Below, piece after piece: positions 33,396 through 44,113 of a DNA stretch of 64,000 nucleotides (positions are counted from its first letter, which is position 1; each line of letters begins with the position of its first letter). The notes below the pieces were generated by a model. The model worked only from the letters and a program-made list of their open reading frames with translations. It made no database searches and had not been told where the DNA came from. The translations under genes were made by a program, and so were the position numbers. Origin of the DNA: an uncultured Chloroflexia bacterium (GTDB lineage: Bacteria > Chloroflexota > Limnocylindria > Limnocylindrales > CSP1-4); the NCBI GenBank assembly GCA_963734535.1, contig CAVTHS010000010.1, forward strand, positions 224,001 through 288,000. The letters are read 5' to 3'.

Positions 33396-34325
33396 CTAGT
33401 CGCGCAGCGCTCGACCCGTCAGGTCGAGGAAGACATCTTCGAGCGTGGCCTGGCGGATCCCGAGGTTCCGAGGCTCGACGCTCAGATCGTCGGCCGTGGC
33501 CAGGAGAGCACCGACCGTCGCCGGAACGTCGTTCGAATAGAGGACCGACTGGCCCTCCTCCTGGGCCGCCCGCGACACGCCGCCGAGACGCGCCAGCAGC
33601 TCCATCGGGAGCTTCGGGTTCGAGTCGAAGAAGACCGCCCGCTCCCTGAAGCGCCGTCCGATCAGCTCGGACACGGCGCCCATCTCCAGGATTCGGCCGT
33701 GATCCATGATCGCCACCCGGTCGCACAGCTCGGTGGCTTCTTCCATGTAGTGGGTGGTCAGCATCACCGACGTGCCCTTCGCCTGGAGCCCCTTAATCAG
33801 GTCCCAGAGGGAGCGCCGCGCCTGGGGGTCCAGGCCGGTGGTCGGCTCGTCGAGGAAGACCAGGTCGGGATCGTTGACGAGCGCCAGGGCGATCGACAGG
33901 CGCTGCTGCTGGCCGCCGGAGAGGTTCATCGCCCAGGCGTCGGCCCGTTCCCCGAGATCGATCGCGTCAATCAGCTGCTTCGTCGGCACGTGATGGTTGA
34001 AGAAGCTCCCGAAGAGGTCGAGGAGCTCGGTCACGCTGAGCCGCGGGTAGAGCGACACGCTCTGCAGCTGCACCCCGATTCGCTGCTTGATCGACTGGGG
34101 GTGCCGGAGAACGTCAAGGCCCAGGACTTCGACCGTGCCGGAGTCCGGCGGACGCAGGCCTTCGAGCACCTCGATGGTGGTCGTCTTGCCGGCCCCGTTC
34201 GGGCCCAGCATCCCAAAGACCTCGCCCCGCGCGACCTCGAAGGTGACTCCGTCGACGGCCCTGACGTCCCCGTAGTGCTTCTTCAGGTCGGCGACGCGGA
34301 TGACGGACTCGCTGCCCTGCGTCAT
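33396..34325 (-). CDS. ABC-2 type exporter ATP-binding protein
   Basis: GPNGAGKTT, LSGGQQQR, FLDEPTTGLDP, TTHYMEEA. Confidence 0.93.
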   Translation of the reverse strand: MTQGSESVIRVADLKKHYGDVRAVDGVTFEVARGEVFGMLGPNGAGKTTTIEVLEGLRPPDSGTVEVLGLDVLRHPQSIKQRIGVQLQSVSLYPRLSVTELLDLFGSFFNHHVPTKQLIDAIDLGERADAWAMNLSGGQQQRLSIALALVNDPDLVFLDEPTTGLDPQARRSLWDLIKGLQAKGTSVMLTTHYMEEATELCDRVAIMDHGRILEMGAVSELIGRRFRERAVFFDSNPKLPMELLARLGGVSRAAQEEGQSVLYSNDVPATVGALLATADDLSVEPRNLGIRQATLEDVFLDLTGRALRD

Positions 34326-34586
34326 CTCACTCCTTGGCCCCTGCTGGCCGGGCGTCGCTCCTTCGCTCCCCCGACGGGAGCGAGGGACGCCTGCAGCCGC
34401 GTTCCAGTCCGGCGAACGCTAGCCCACCGGCGCGGTCGGTGTCCAGCCCGGATGCTTCGGGCACGGTCGGCGGCGTGGTCTGCCGGCTCTGGCTGAGCGC
34501 CGGAACGCCATGCTCGGTCGCAGGCCCGCGCACACTGCACCGACGAACCAGCGTTGGACGAAAGAGCGGATGCGGGAGGGCCCTCC

Positions 34587-35201
34587 GTGATCAAGATCTG
34601 GAGCGAGCTGCGGGTTGCACGCGTGAAGGAGCAGGTGGCGGACCTCGCAACGCTGGTGTGGGTCGTGTTCTGGGGGAACATCGTCTGGCGCCTGTTCCAG
34701 TTCCTCGCGGGATACACCGAGGCCGGCCGCACCATTCGTGCCGGCGGCGAGACGATGGCCCAGAGCGGGCGCGACCTGGGCGACTCGCTGGCCGGCGTTC
34801 CGCTCGTCGGGTCGCAGGCCCGCGAGATCGTGCGGAACGCATTTGCAGGCGCCGGCCAGCCGCTTTCCGACTTCGGAACGCAGCTGGAGCAGTTCATCTT
34901 CGTGGTCGCCGTGACACTCGCCCTGATGCTCGCCGTCGTGACGCTCATGCCGTGGTTGACCCGCTACCTTCCATGGCGCTGGAACCGGCTCCAGCGAGTC
35001 CGGGCTGCCCACCGTGTCATCCGGACCGCGCCATCGGTCGCCGGCGCCGAGGTCGAGCGCGCCCTTGCGATGCGCGCATTTGCGCGGCTCGACTACGCGA
35101 CACTGCTCGAGTACACGCCGGATCCCCTGGGCGACTGGGCCGGCGGCCGGCACGACCGGCTCGCCCGGGCCGAGCTCGCCAGCGAGGGTCTGCGCCCCTG
35201 A
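34587..35201 (+). CDS. Membrane protein of unknown function
   Basis: GGGAGGG RBS; two hydrophobic segments; ends DPLGDW...LARAELASEGL. Confidence 0.7.
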   Translation: MIKIWSELRVARVKEQVADLATLVWVVFWGNIVWRLFQFLAGYTEAGRTIRAGGETMAQSGRDLGDSLAGVPLVGSQAREIVRNAFAGAGQPLSDFGTQLEQFIFVVAVTLALMLAVVTLMPWLTRYLPWRWNRLQRVRAAHRVIRTAPSVAGAEVERALAMRAFARLDYATLLEYTPDPLGDWAGGRHDRLARAELASEGLRP

Positions 35202-35248
35202 GGTCAGGTCCGGGTTCCGGCCGTCGTCGGGCGCGCCGGTCGGCGAGT

Positions 35249-35950
35249 TCAGGCTTCGTGAGGCCCGGATGTGCGACGCAGCGTCCGTCGAAGCCAGGCG
35301 CCCATCACGAGCGACCCGGCCGCCGGCACGAACGACAGGGCCGCGAACGCAAGCAGCGTGACGGCGATGACAAGCTGGATCTCGCCGAACGTGTCCTCGC
35401 CGACGCCCGACCCAAGGCGCGCCGCGAGCGCCTGGGTGCTGTCGGCCAGGTCGCCGAGCGCCGCGGCGTTGCCGGCCAGCGCGTCCCGGTTGCCCCTTCC
35501 GCTCGCGGCGATGAGGGAGAGTCTCCCATCGAGGCCCTCCATGCTCGCGGCGATACGGCCGACCGCGTCCGCGGGCGAGGAGAGCGGTGTTGCCCCGAGG
35601 ATGCTGACCGATCGGAGCTGCGCCTCGAGGGCGGACAGGTCCGAGCGGACCTCGGTGGCCGTCGCGGCCGCGGCCGAGATCGCCTGCGCGGACTGATCGA
35701 CGGTCGCGCTGAATGACGTCGCGGTCGTGGAGGCGCCGTGGAGCACGAGCCCGGCGACCGCCGTGGTGGACGCAAGCCGGGCGAGGGTCGCCTCGGTATC
35801 GCTTCGGAGGTGACCGACCCGGTCGTTCGCCCAGACCAGCGCTCCGAAACCGATCGCGGTGACGACGAGCCCGATGATCCCGTAGGCGATGAGGCCCCGG
35901 GTCAACCGGTGCAAGCCACCGCGCAGGCCGAGGGGCCAGAGCTCACCCAT
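35249..35950 (-). CDS. Membrane protein with helical/coiled-coil extracytoplasmic region
   Basis: GGAGG RBS; N- and C-terminal transmembrane helices flanking an Ala-rich heptad-like region. Confidence 0.65.
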   Translation of the reverse strand: MGELWPLGLRGGLHRLTRGLIAYGIIGLVVTAIGFGALVWANDRVGHLRSDTEATLARLASTTAVAGLVLHGASTTATSFSATVDQSAQAISAAAATATEVRSDLSALEAQLRSVSILGATPLSSPADAVGRIAASMEGLDGRLSLIAASGRGNRDALAGNAAALGDLADSTQALAARLGSGVGEDTFGEIQLVIAVTLLAFAALSFVPAAGSLVMGAWLRRTLRRTSGPHEA

Positions 35951-36317
35951 GGTCCGCCTCCAATCCCACGAGACCGCCCACCGCGGTCGGGACCGACCGG
36001 AGGCCCGAAGGCAGGCGCATCGGCGCAGCCGGCGAACGCATCGGCGCCGGCCAGCGGCCAACAAGGTCCGTGACGGGCGACGCGGCCGAGTCGACCATGA
36101 CGGCACGATAACAGGGCCCAGACCGTGTCCAGCGAGAGGCTCGCCAGGGCCGCGCCCGCTCACGACCGGACGGCTCCTCCCGGTGACCACGCTGCCGCCA
36201 TGTCAACGTCGTGGGTCCCGCTCGAAGCCTGGACCCGCCCAGGTGCCTGACCGGCGCCCTCGGGCCGTTCACGCTACGATCCCCGGACTCATCTGCCACG
36301 CAACCGGGGGGAACCTC

Positions 36318-36746
36318 TTGAATCGTCCAGCTCGGGCATTCGTGCTCGCCGTGAGCCTGCTGACCGCAGCCTGTGGCGGCGGTGCCACTGCCGCGCCGCA
36401 GGCCGCCAGCCCATCCCTGTCCGCCAGCGCGCCTGCGTCCGCGTCGACGGCTGCCCCGGCCAGCCCCGAGAACGCCTCCCCCGGGACGTCAGCGGCCGGC
36501 GCAGCGAATGGGGCTGCCCTGTGCACCTTCCTGTCGTCGGAGGTCCCCGGCCTCCAGAAGGCCGGCTCGACCGGCGGGGCCGTCGCACAGCTGGCCCTCG
36601 ACTACGCAGACTGGATCGCCGCAGATGCATCCCGTGTCCTTCCGGACGCGGCCGCGATGGACACCCTGAGCGCGGCCGCCTGTCCCGAGATCCGGACGAC
36701 CGTCCTCAAGCTCCTCGGCGGCGACAGCTTCGCCAACTCGCTCTGA
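36318..36746 (+). CDS. Putative lipoprotein
   Basis: TTG start; lipobox LTAAC; Ala/Ser/Pro linker; small domain with two Cys. Confidence 0.65.
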   Translation: MNRPARAFVLAVSLLTAACGGGATAAPQAASPSLSASAPASASTAAPASPENASPGTSAAGAANGAALCTFLSSEVPGLQKAGSTGGAVAQLALDYADWIAADASRVLPDAAAMDTLSAAACPEIRTTVLKLLGGDSFANSL

Positions 36747-36792
36747 CCGCACGACCCCCGTCGGCGCACTGATCGAGCAGCGAGGCGGCGGC

Positions 36793-37287
36793 CTACTCCT
36801 CCCGGCCGCGCGGCCAGGTTCCCATGACCTGGCGGAGGATCGCGAACTCGCCGATGTGGTAGGCGTTGTGGTCGCCGACGATGCGCACCTCGCGAAGGAT
36901 CGTGTGCCCCGGGGTGTTCGGGATCGTTGCCAGCAGATCGGTTGACGGATCGGCCACGAGCGCGCGGAGCGCGGCGCCGGTCGGACCTGAAGCCCTCGAC
37001 CGTCAGCGCGAACTGCTCCGGCGTCGCGGTGGCATCGCGCGCCGGCCAGTACTCCTCCGGCCAGCCCGGCGCGAGGTAGGCGCGGTCGCGGATGTAGTCG
37101 AGGATGTCGCGCTGGGCGATCCGGACGTGCTCCAGCAGGTGCCAGGGCGTGTACGGGACGTTGGGCGGAAGCCGGTTGATGGCGTCGTCCGGGAAGTCCG
37201 CGACGGCGGCGTCGAGCGGCATGTGGGCACCGTGCCCGTCGACGAGCGCGAGGAGCTGCTCGCGCAGGATGTCGCTCGTCGGCCATC
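36793..37287 (-). CDS. DinB family protein, frameshifted (~36976 and near the start)
   Basis: AHM, WHLLEHVRIAQ.DIL, WPEEYWP in one frame; HTILRE...DHNAYHIGE in the next. Confidence 0.8.
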
Positions 37288-37436
37288 TCATCCCTCGGTT
37301 CCCGGACTCGTCGGCGTCCGGCCTGACGCTGCGGCGCTCGGGAACGCGTCGAGGGCGCCAACCTCGCGCCGTTCGCCGCAGATGAAGGAGAGGCGAGCCA
37401 TCGTGCTCGGGCTCCCGGCCTCCGTCGAGGTGACTC

Positions 37437-37513
37437 TGGTGGGCGATACTGGGTTCGAACCAGTGACCTCACGGATGTGAACCGTGCGCTCTGACCGGCT
37501 GAGCTAATCGCCC
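37437..37513 (-). tRNA. tRNA-Val (anticodon CAC)
   Basis: GGGCGATTAGCTCAG...CACGG-TTCACAT-CCGTG...GGTTCGAACC...ATCGCCCACCA cloverleaf with encoded CCA. Confidence 0.97.
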
Positions 37514-37522
37514 GTGGCGCGG

Positions 37523-37528
37523 ATTATA
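37523..37528 (-). promoter_or_regulatory. -10 box (TATAAT) for tRNA-Val
   Basis: Perfect TATAAT 9 nt upstream of the tRNA, overlapping the DUF167 stop codon. Confidence 0.65.
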
Positions 37529-37817
37529 CGGCCAGCCCCGGCCATCGCGATCTGACCACCGGCGCCTCGATCCCGGCAACCGCCACGACCTTCCGGCGAG
37601 CGGTCGCGCCAGTCACGATCCGGATGCCGCCCCGGGCGACCTCGAGCTCGCGCGCGAGCAGCCGGCAGAGCGCCTCGTTCGCCGCCGAATCGACGGGTGG
37701 CGCGGCCACACGGACACGGAGGGCTCCGTCCTCCCCCACCCCGTCGACCCGGTCGGCGCCGCCACGCGCGGTGAGCCGCACCTCGAAACGGACCTCGGAC
37801 TCCCCCGTCCCGCTCAG
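37524..37817 (-). CDS. DUF167 (YggU/UPF0235) family protein
   Basis: LRVRVAAPPVDSAANEAL...IVTGATARRK; start uncertain (CTG overlap or GTG at 37781). Confidence 0.85.
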   Translation of the reverse strand: MSGTGESEVRFEVRLTARGGADRVDGVGEDGALRVRVAAPPVDSAANEALCRLLARELEVARGGIRIVTGATARRKVVAVAGIEAPVVRSRWPGLAV

Positions 37818-38062
37818 CGGCCGACGACCCCGAGGAGCGCGCTCAGGACGAGCATCAGGATGAGCGGCGACAGGTCGAGCGCGCCGGTGGAGGGCAGCAG
37901 TCGACGGATCGGCGAAAGGAGCGGCTCGGTCAGCGCGACCACCTGGCGCGCGATCGGATTGCGGCCCTGGGGATCCACCCACGACACGACGACGCGGGCC
38001 AGCACCAGCGCCCACAGCACCAGCATGAGCAGCTGGACGAAGTTGCGCAGGAAGAACCCCAT
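37814..38062 (-). CDS. yggT: YggT family membrane protein
   Basis: ARVVVSW, LTEPLLSPIRRLLP, LDLSP. Confidence 0.92.
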   Translation of the reverse strand: MGFFLRNFVQLLMLVLWALVLARVVVSWVDPQGRNPIARQVVALTEPLLSPIRRLLPSTGALDLSPLILMLVLSALLGVVGR

Positions 38063-38103
38063 CCACGGAGTCTACGCGCGGGCCGGAGGCCCCGGGAGTC
38101 GCT

Positions 38104-38928
38104 TCACGTATCTCCGGCAGTGGCCACCGTCGTCGGGGCCCGGGCGTCGCGTTGCGCCCGTTCCCCGAAGAGGGCACGCCCGACACGGACGATCGTGGCA
38201 CCCTCCTCCACGGCAACCGCGTAGTCATTGCTCATCCCCATCGAGAGCTCCGGGCCGAGGACCGGATTGTCTGCCCGCAGCTCGGCGGCGAGCGTGCGCA
38301 GGGCGCGGAACGTGGAGCGCGCATGGTCGGCGGTTGTGGCGAGCCGGCCAACCGTCATCAGGCCCCGGAGCTCGAGGTTCGGAAGTCGTGCGAGCGCCGG
38401 CAGCGCGCCCACCAGGTCCGCGGGATCGAAGCCGGCCTTGGCGGGATCGGCGTCCACGTTCACCTCGACGAGGACCGGCAGGGGCCGGCCGGGCCGGAGC
38501 TCGCCCGCAAGCCGGTCGAGCCGTAGCGCCAGGGCGAGCGTGTCGACGCTCTCGATCACGTCGAAGAGCGCGACCGCCCGGCGTGCCTTGTTGGCCTGGA
38601 GCGGGCCGACCAGGTGCCACCGCGCCCCGGGGATCGCCGGGATCTTTCCCTCCGCCTCCTGGACCCGGTTCTCGCCGAGCGTGACGAGGCCCGCGCCCAC
38701 GGCGGCGCGCAGTCGCGAGGCGCCGACGGTCTTGCTGACCGCCACGAGCGTCACGCCGGAAGGGTCACGCCCGGAGCGCGCGCAGGCTGCGTCGATCGCG
38801 GTGAGGACGCGGGCCCGCGCCGCGACGAGGTCCGCGACTGTCGACGGGTCGGGCGGGCTCCCGGCGTCCGCGGTGCGCGCGACGCCGGCGGCACCCGCGG
38901 GAACGGCGGCGCCCGACGGATCGGGCAC
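38104..38928 (-). CDS. yggS: PLP homeostasis protein (YggS/PLPBP)
   Basis: LVAVSKT, GENRVQEA, WH.VG.LQ.NK, LSMGMSNDY, GATIVRVGRALFG. Confidence 0.95.
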   Translation of the reverse strand: MPDPSGAAVPAGAAGVARTADAGSPPDPSTVADLVAARARVLTAIDAACARSGRDPSGVTLVAVSKTVGASRLRAAVGAGLVTLGENRVQEAEGKIPAIPGARWHLVGPLQANKARRAVALFDVIESVDTLALALRLDRLAGELRPGRPLPVLVEVNVDADPAKAGFDPADLVGALPALARLPNLELRGLMTVGRLATTADHARSTFRALRTLAAELRADNPVLGPELSMGMSNDYAVAVEEGATIVRVGRALFGERAQRDARAPTTVATAGDT

Positions 38929-38937
38929 CGGGCCGCG

Positions 38938-40167
38938 CTACTTCGAGCGCCGAAGGAAGCTCGGGATCTCCAGGTCGTCCGCGTCGTACGTCCGGCGCAC
39001 GTTGGACGCAGGCGCCGTCTCCGCCACGGTCCGCTCCACGCGCACCGAGGCGGCCTCGCCGCGGTCCATGCCCGGGCGCTCGACCGGCCGCGGCTCGGCT
39101 TCCACCGCGTTGCGCTGGCGCTCGAGCTCGCCCAGGTAGTCGCGCTCGGGGCGGACGGCTCTCGACACCTCGTAGGGTCGCTCGGCGGCCTCGCGGCGCA
39201 CGGGCTCGCGCCGGCGCGAGCCGTCGAACCCCGTGGCGATCACGGTGATCACGACGTCCTCGCCCAGGCGCTCGTCGAAGCTCGCGCCGAAGATGATGTT
39301 CGCCTCGGGGTCCGCCGCGGCGCGGATCTCCTCGGCCGCCTCCGTCACCTCGAAGAGGGTGAGGTTGGACGAGCCGGAGATGTTGAACAGGATGCCCTGC
39401 GCGCCGGTGATGTTGACCTCGAGGAGGGGGCTCGCGATCGCCTGCTTGGCGGCCTCGACCGCTCGGCTCTCGCCGGATGCGCGACCGATGCCCATCAGGG
39501 CGGAGCCCGCGTCGTGCATGATCGCCTTCACGTCCGCGAAGTCGAGGTTGATCAGACCCGGCACCGTGATGATGTCGCTGATTCCCTGGACGCCCTGGCG
39601 GAGCACGTCGTCGACGACGCGGAACGCGTCGAGGATCGAGGTGTTCTTGGCGACGACGTCGCGCAGGCGGTCGTTCGGGATCGTGATGAGCGTGTCGACC
39701 TTCGCCTTGAGCTGCTCGGCGGCCTTCTCGGCGATGAGCTTGCGCTTGTTGCCCTCGAACGAGAACGGCTTGGTCACGACGCCGATCGTCAGCGCGCCGA
39801 GGTCCTTGGCGATCTCGGCGATCACCGGCGCGCCGCCCGAGCCGGTGCCGCCGCCCAGGCCGGCGGTGATGAAGACCATGTCGGAATCGCGGAGGGCCTC
39901 CGTGATCTTCTCGACATCCTCCTCGGCCGCCCGCTGCCCGATCGCGGCGTCGCCGCCGGCACCGAGCCCGCGGGTGATCTTGTCGCCGATGCGGATCTTG
40001 TGCGGGGCATCGGACTGCAGCAGGGCCTGGGCATCGGTGTTGATGCCGATGAACTCGACGCCCATCATCTCGGCCCGGATCATCCGGTTGACGGCATTGC
40101 TGCCCCCGCCGCCGACTCCGACGACACGGATCAGGGCGAAGTTCTCGGAATCCGACCGCAGCGGCAT
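38938..40167 (-). CDS. ftsZ: Cell division protein FtsZ
   Basis: [25 protein letters not shown]-terminal LEIPSFLR. Confidence 0.98.
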   Translation of the reverse strand: MPLRSDSENFALIRVVGVGGGGSNAVNRMIRAEMMGVEFIGINTDAQALLQSDAPHKIRIGDKITRGLGAGGDAAIGQRAAEEDVEKITEALRDSDMVFITAGLGGGTGSGGAPVIAEIAKDLGALTIGVVTKPFSFEGNKRKLIAEKAAEQLKAKVDTLITIPNDRLRDVVAKNTSILDAFRVVDDVLRQGVQGISDIITVPGLINLDFADVKAIMHDAGSALMGIGRASGESRAVEAAKQAIASPLLEVNITGAQGILFNISGSSNLTLFEVTEAAEEIRAAADPEANIIFGASFDERLGEDVVITVIATGFDGSRRREPVRREAAERPYEVSRAVRPERDYLGELERQRNAVEAEPRPVERPGMDRGEAASVRVERTVAETAPASNVRRTYDADDLEIPSFLRRSK

Positions 40168-40436
40168 CGCTGTCCCTCCGGGGTGGTGAGCGGCTCTTCG
40201 GCCGTCCCGTGATCAAGACGTCTCGGGTGCACGCAAGGTGTCCGGTCCTGCGAGCGGGCACGGCGCGCAGGAACGTGGACTGCCCGGGGAGTATAGCGCC
40301 CGATCCTCGATTGGGAACCCCGCGCGTCGCCTCCGCCGGTGCTCGATGACACCGATGGTCCCGGTCCTGCCCGCCGAACGGGCCATCCGCGGACGCAGAG
40401 GACCGGCCGGCGACTGTGCCCCGCCGGCCCCGACTC

Positions 40437-41669
40437 CTACGGGAAGACGCTCCGCAGGGCCGCCCTGATTCGCCCAGCGAGGCCGCCCGCAGGCGCCGAC
40501 TCGTAGGTCGTGAGGTCCGCGGCGCCGAGATGGCGAGCGCCCCACAGGAGGAGCCCGATGGCCGTGCTGTACTGCGGCTCGAGGATCCCGTCCACCAACC
40601 CGCCGACCTCCGTGGCGGCGGCGACCCGCACGGGCATCTCGAGGATCTCGCGGCCCAGGACGGCCGCCCCGCCGAGCTGTGCTCCGCCGCCGGTGAGGAC
40701 GAGCCCGGCCGGCAGGAGCCCCGGAGCTGCGGCCAGGATCTCGGTCCGAAGCATCTCGTAGGTCTCGCGCATGCGTGCCTCGATGATGCGGCAGACCTCC
40801 ATCCGCTCGACGGTGCGTCCTGCCTCGTCGCCCAGGACGGTCACGCTGATCACCTCGTCGGGGTCGAGGCCCGACACGTCGCAGGTCCCGTGGTCGATCT
40901 TGAGCGACTCCGCCACCTGGAGGCTGGTCTTGAGGCCGATCGCGATGTCGTTCGTGACGTTCGCGCCGCCGACCGGGAGAACCGCCGTGTGGAACGGCGA
41001 GCCGTCGGCGAACAGGGTCAGCTCGGTCGTCCCCGCGCCGATGTCGGCAACGGCAACCCCGAGGTCCCGCTCCGTCGGGGACAGGACCGCTTCCGCCGAG
41101 GCGAGCCCGCCCGCGACCAGCTCGTCGATCTTGACCCCGGCGGCGGTGACGCACTTGGTCAGGTTCTGGACGGCCGTCGCCGAGGCTGTGACGATGTGCG
41201 TCTCGACCTCGAGGCGAACCGCGCTCATCCCGAGCGGGTTCATCACGCCCTCCTGGCCGTCGACCGTGTAGCCGCGCGGCACGACGTGGAGGACCTCGCG
41301 GGTGGACGGGATCGAGACGGCCCGGGCGACCTCGATCGAGCGGTTGACGTCCTCCTGGGTCACCTCGCGGCGCGCGCCCGCGACGGCCACCTGGCCGGGC
41401 GAGTTCAGGCCGTCGACGTGCTGGCCGCCGACGCTCACGAAGGCGCGGTCGATCTTCCAGCCGGAATGGCGCTCCGCCTTCTCCACCGCGGCGGTGATCG
41501 AATGGACGGTCTGGTCGATGTTGACGACGACGCCCTTGCGGAGCCCCGACGCCGGCACCGTGCCCTTCCCGATGATCGTGACACCGCCGTCGCGCCCGAC
41601 CTCGCCGATCAGGGCCACGACCTTGGTCGTCCCGACGTCGATCCCGACGAGGACCGCCTCGCGTTCCAC
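40437..41669 (-). CDS. ftsA: Cell division protein FtsA
   Basis: GIDVGTTKV, GLRKGVVV, DIGAGTT, VLTGGGA. Confidence 0.96.
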   Translation of the reverse strand: MEREAVLVGIDVGTTKVVALIGEVGRDGGVTIIGKGTVPASGLRKGVVVNIDQTVHSITAAVEKAERHSGWKIDRAFVSVGGQHVDGLNSPGQVAVAGARREVTQEDVNRSIEVARAVSIPSTREVLHVVPRGYTVDGQEGVMNPLGMSAVRLEVETHIVTASATAVQNLTKCVTAAGVKIDELVAGGLASAEAVLSPTERDLGVAVADIGAGTTELTLFADGSPFHTAVLPVGGANVTNDIAIGLKTSLQVAESLKIDHGTCDVSGLDPDEVISVTVLGDEAGRTVERMEVCRIIEARMRETYEMLRTEILAAAPGLLPAGLVLTGGGAQLGGAAVLGREILEMPVRVAAATEVGGLVDGILEPQYSTAIGLLLWGARHLGAADLTTYESAPAGGLAGRIRAALRSVFP

Positions 41670-41703
41670 TCGTTCCGTCCCTCTCCCTGTGGTGTGGGCC
41701 GGC

Positions 41704-42027
41704 CTACAGGAAATGCCGGCGGATGAGCGCGACGTTCTGGAAGATCCGCAGCCCGAAGGTGATGAGCGCGACCAGGTAGAGGTCGAGCCCGAGGCGATCC
41801 CCCACGAACGTGAGGAGGACCGCGACGACCGCGTTCACCACGAACCCGCTGACGAAGATCCGGTTGTTGTACGTCCCTTCCAGCTCGGCCCGCACGGCCC
41901 CCAGGACGGAGTCGAGCGCCGCGAGGATCGCGACGGCCGAATACCGAGCCAGCTCGAACCCGACGTTGACGTTCAGCACGAGGCCGAGAAGGACACCGAC
42001 GAGCAGACCCGCCAGCGGCAGGAGCAC
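41704..42027 (-). CDS. sbp: Small basic protein (DUF1290/Sbp family)
   Basis: YSAVAILAALDSVLGAVRA, FVSGF, FGLRIFQNVA.IRR. Confidence 0.88.
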   Translation of the reverse strand: MLLPLAGLLVGVLLGLVLNVNVGFELARYSAVAILAALDSVLGAVRAELEGTYNNRIFVSGFVVNAVVAVLLTFVGDRLGLDLYLVALITFGLRIFQNVALIRRHFL

Positions 42028-42110
42028 GGGCCGGTTCTCCCTCCACGTACGTCGTTTGCGCAAGGCTACCCGACCGGGAGGCAGGGCGCCAAACCATCCC
42101 GTCACGCCGG

Positions 42111-42980
42111 TCACTTCGTCGTGTACGTCCCGTGCGTCCCGTCGGCGAGAACGATGCGGAGGAGCTGCGCCTCGCGGCCGGCAAGCAGGCTGCGCAGCAG
42201 GCGTGCCTGTTCCGGGACCATGTCCGCCGGGCGGAGCGTCGCCGAGTAGAAGCCGAAGACCGCCGTCCAGGGTCGATCGACGGCCGGGTGCAGCGTCCAC
42301 CCGTCCTCATCGTCCAGGCGGACGCCGAGCGCGCCCGACCCGGACCCGACGTCGGCCGGACGCAGCGAGAGCAGGCGGGTCGCGACGTCGAGCTCGATCG
42401 GGCCCAGCCGCCCGCCGACCGCGAGGAGCGGCTGCATCTCGCTCACCACGGCGCCGCCCTCGGCGGCCGGAGCACGCCGGTCGTCGACCGTCGGCAGCCC
42501 GGCCGCGATCGCGCGGGCCGCGGGCGACGCGTCGGCGGCTCCGGCGTCGGCGATCACCATCCCGTCACGATCCACGAGCAGGAGCGAGGCGCCCGTGTGC
42601 CAGGCGAGGATCGGCGTGCGTTCGACGATGCGGACCTGCAGCGTCCCGGGCAGAGTCACCGAGACGTCCGCGCCGGCGACCGACGGGATCGCCTCCAGGC
42701 TCGAGCGCAGCCCGTCCGTCGCGAGCGTGAATGCATTCGGGGCAGGGCTGCCCAGCGCGAGCACGGCGTTCACGTCGGCGGCGGTCGTCACCACCATCCC
42801 CGACACGTCGGTCGTCCGGATGGCGAAGGCCGGCGACGCCGCCACGCCCCAGGTGGCCGCCCCCGCGACGACCATCACGAGGGCGGCAAGCGCGCGGCGC
42901 GGCGACAGGCGCGAGGATGCGCGTCGCTGGCTCGGGCGACGGCGGGCGCCGCCCGAGGGGCGGGGAGGGAGACGGGTCAC
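42111..42980 (-). CDS. ftsQ: Cell division protein FtsQ/DivIB
   Basis: Transmembrane helix then POTRA-like region (IPSV..ADVSVTLPGTLQVRIVERTP); position between ddl and ftsA. Confidence 0.85.
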   Translation of the reverse strand: MTRLPPRPSGGARRRPSQRRASSRLSPRRALAALVMVVAGAATWGVAASPAFAIRTTDVSGMVVTTAADVNAVLALGSPAPNAFTLATDGLRSSLEAIPSVAGADVSVTLPGTLQVRIVERTPILAWHTGASLLLVDRDGMVIADAGAADASPAARAIAAGLPTVDDRRAPAAEGGAVVSEMQPLLAVGGRLGPIELDVATRLLSLRPADVGSGSGALGVRLDDEDGWTLHPAVDRPWTAVFGFYSATLRPADMVPEQARLLRSLLAGREAQLLRIVLADGTHGTYTTK

Positions 42981-44113
42981 CGCGGCAGGTCCGCCGCGGA
43001 CAGCCGTCGGGCGGGTGCCGCGTCACGCCGCTCGATCGCCAGCCCGACGATCCGGCCGCAGAGCTCGGCGAACGGGAGCCCGCCGGCCGCAGCCATCATC
43101 GGGAAGAGGCTGATCGGGGTGAACCCAGGGATCGTGTTGATCTCGTTCAGGTAGAGCGCGCCGGTGCCCCGCTCGAGGAGGAAGTCGACCCGTGCGAAGC
43201 CGGCGCCACCGATGAGCGCGTACGCCGCGCTGCCGACCCGGCGCACGTCGGCCGCCAGGGCCGTCGAGACGTTCGCCGCCGCGAGCGTCCGCGACCCGCT
43301 CGCGAGGTACTTGGCCGCGTAGTCGTAGAACTCCCGGTCCGGGATCACCTCGCCCGGGCCGAAGACGCGCAGGGTCGCGGGGTTGTTGCCCAGTATCCCC
43401 AGCTCCAGCTCGCGCGGCCGGTCGAGGCCCGGCTCCACGATCGCCCGGGTGTCGTAGCGAAGCGCGAGCTCCACGATCCCGTCCCGCTCGTCCGGGCCGT
43501 GGGCGATCGCCATCCCGACGGACGAACCGAGCGAGGCCGGCTTGCCGATCAGGCGCCCGTCCGGGGCGCCGGCCGCGAGCGCAGCGAGGTCAGCGCGAAC
43601 CCCCGCCCGCTCGGCCGCCCAGCGGGCCGCGGTCACCTCGACCCAGGGCAGGATCGGGAGCCCGGCGTCGCGCGCGATCCGCTTGAAGAACGGCTTGTCC
43701 ATCCCGACCGCCGAGGCGGCGATCCCGGCCCCCGTGTAGGCGAGCCCGGCCGCCTCGAGGATCGCCTGGATCGTGCCGTCCTCCCCGAACGGCCCGTGGA
43801 GGGCCACGAAGACGACCGGCTGCGGCACGGCGGCGGCGATCCCGGCGGTCGCCTCGCCCGGCGCGAACGGACCGGCCGCTCCGAGCGAGCCGGGATCGTC
43901 GTATTCGGCGGCGGGGCGGCCATCTCGCCGGTGGCCGGCCGGCAGCAGCCACCAGCCGGCGTCGAGATCGACGAGGAACTGGCTCACCGCGTGACCCACC
44001 CCGGCCAGTGCCTCCGCGATCGCCGTGCCGGAGACGACCGAGACGTCGTGCTCGGCCGAAGGCCCACCGAACACCACCGCGACGGGCCTGGCCGGGGCCA
44101 CCGGCGCGCTCAC
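42977..44113 (-). CDS. ddl: D-alanine--D-alanine ligase
   Basis: FGGPSAEHDVS, LHGPFGEDG, GSSVG, FYDY.AKY, NEINTIPG. Confidence 0.96.
   Translation of the reverse strand: MSAPVAPARPVAVVFGGPSAEHDVSVVSGTAIAEALAGVGHAVSQFLVDLDAGWWLLPAGHRRDGRPAAEYDDPGSLGAAGPFAPGEATAGIAAAVPQPVVFVALHGPFGEDGTIQAILEAAGLAYTGAGIAASAVGMDKPFFKRIARDAGLPILPWVEVTAARWAAERAGVRADLAALAAGAPDGRLIGKPASLGSSVGMAIAHGPDERDGIVELALRYDTRAIVEPGLDRPRELELGILGNNPATLRVFGPGEVIPDREFYDYAAKYLASGSRTLAAANVSTALAADVRRVGSAAYALIGGAGFARVDFLLERGTGALYLNEINTIPGFTPISLFPMMAAAGGLPFAELCGRIVGLAIERRDAAPARRLSAADLPR

Noticed and set aside
28425-37436. Possible genomic island at the 3' side of tRNA-Val
   Set aside because: No integrase or transposase, no duplicated tRNA 3' end seen, and composition matches the flanks.
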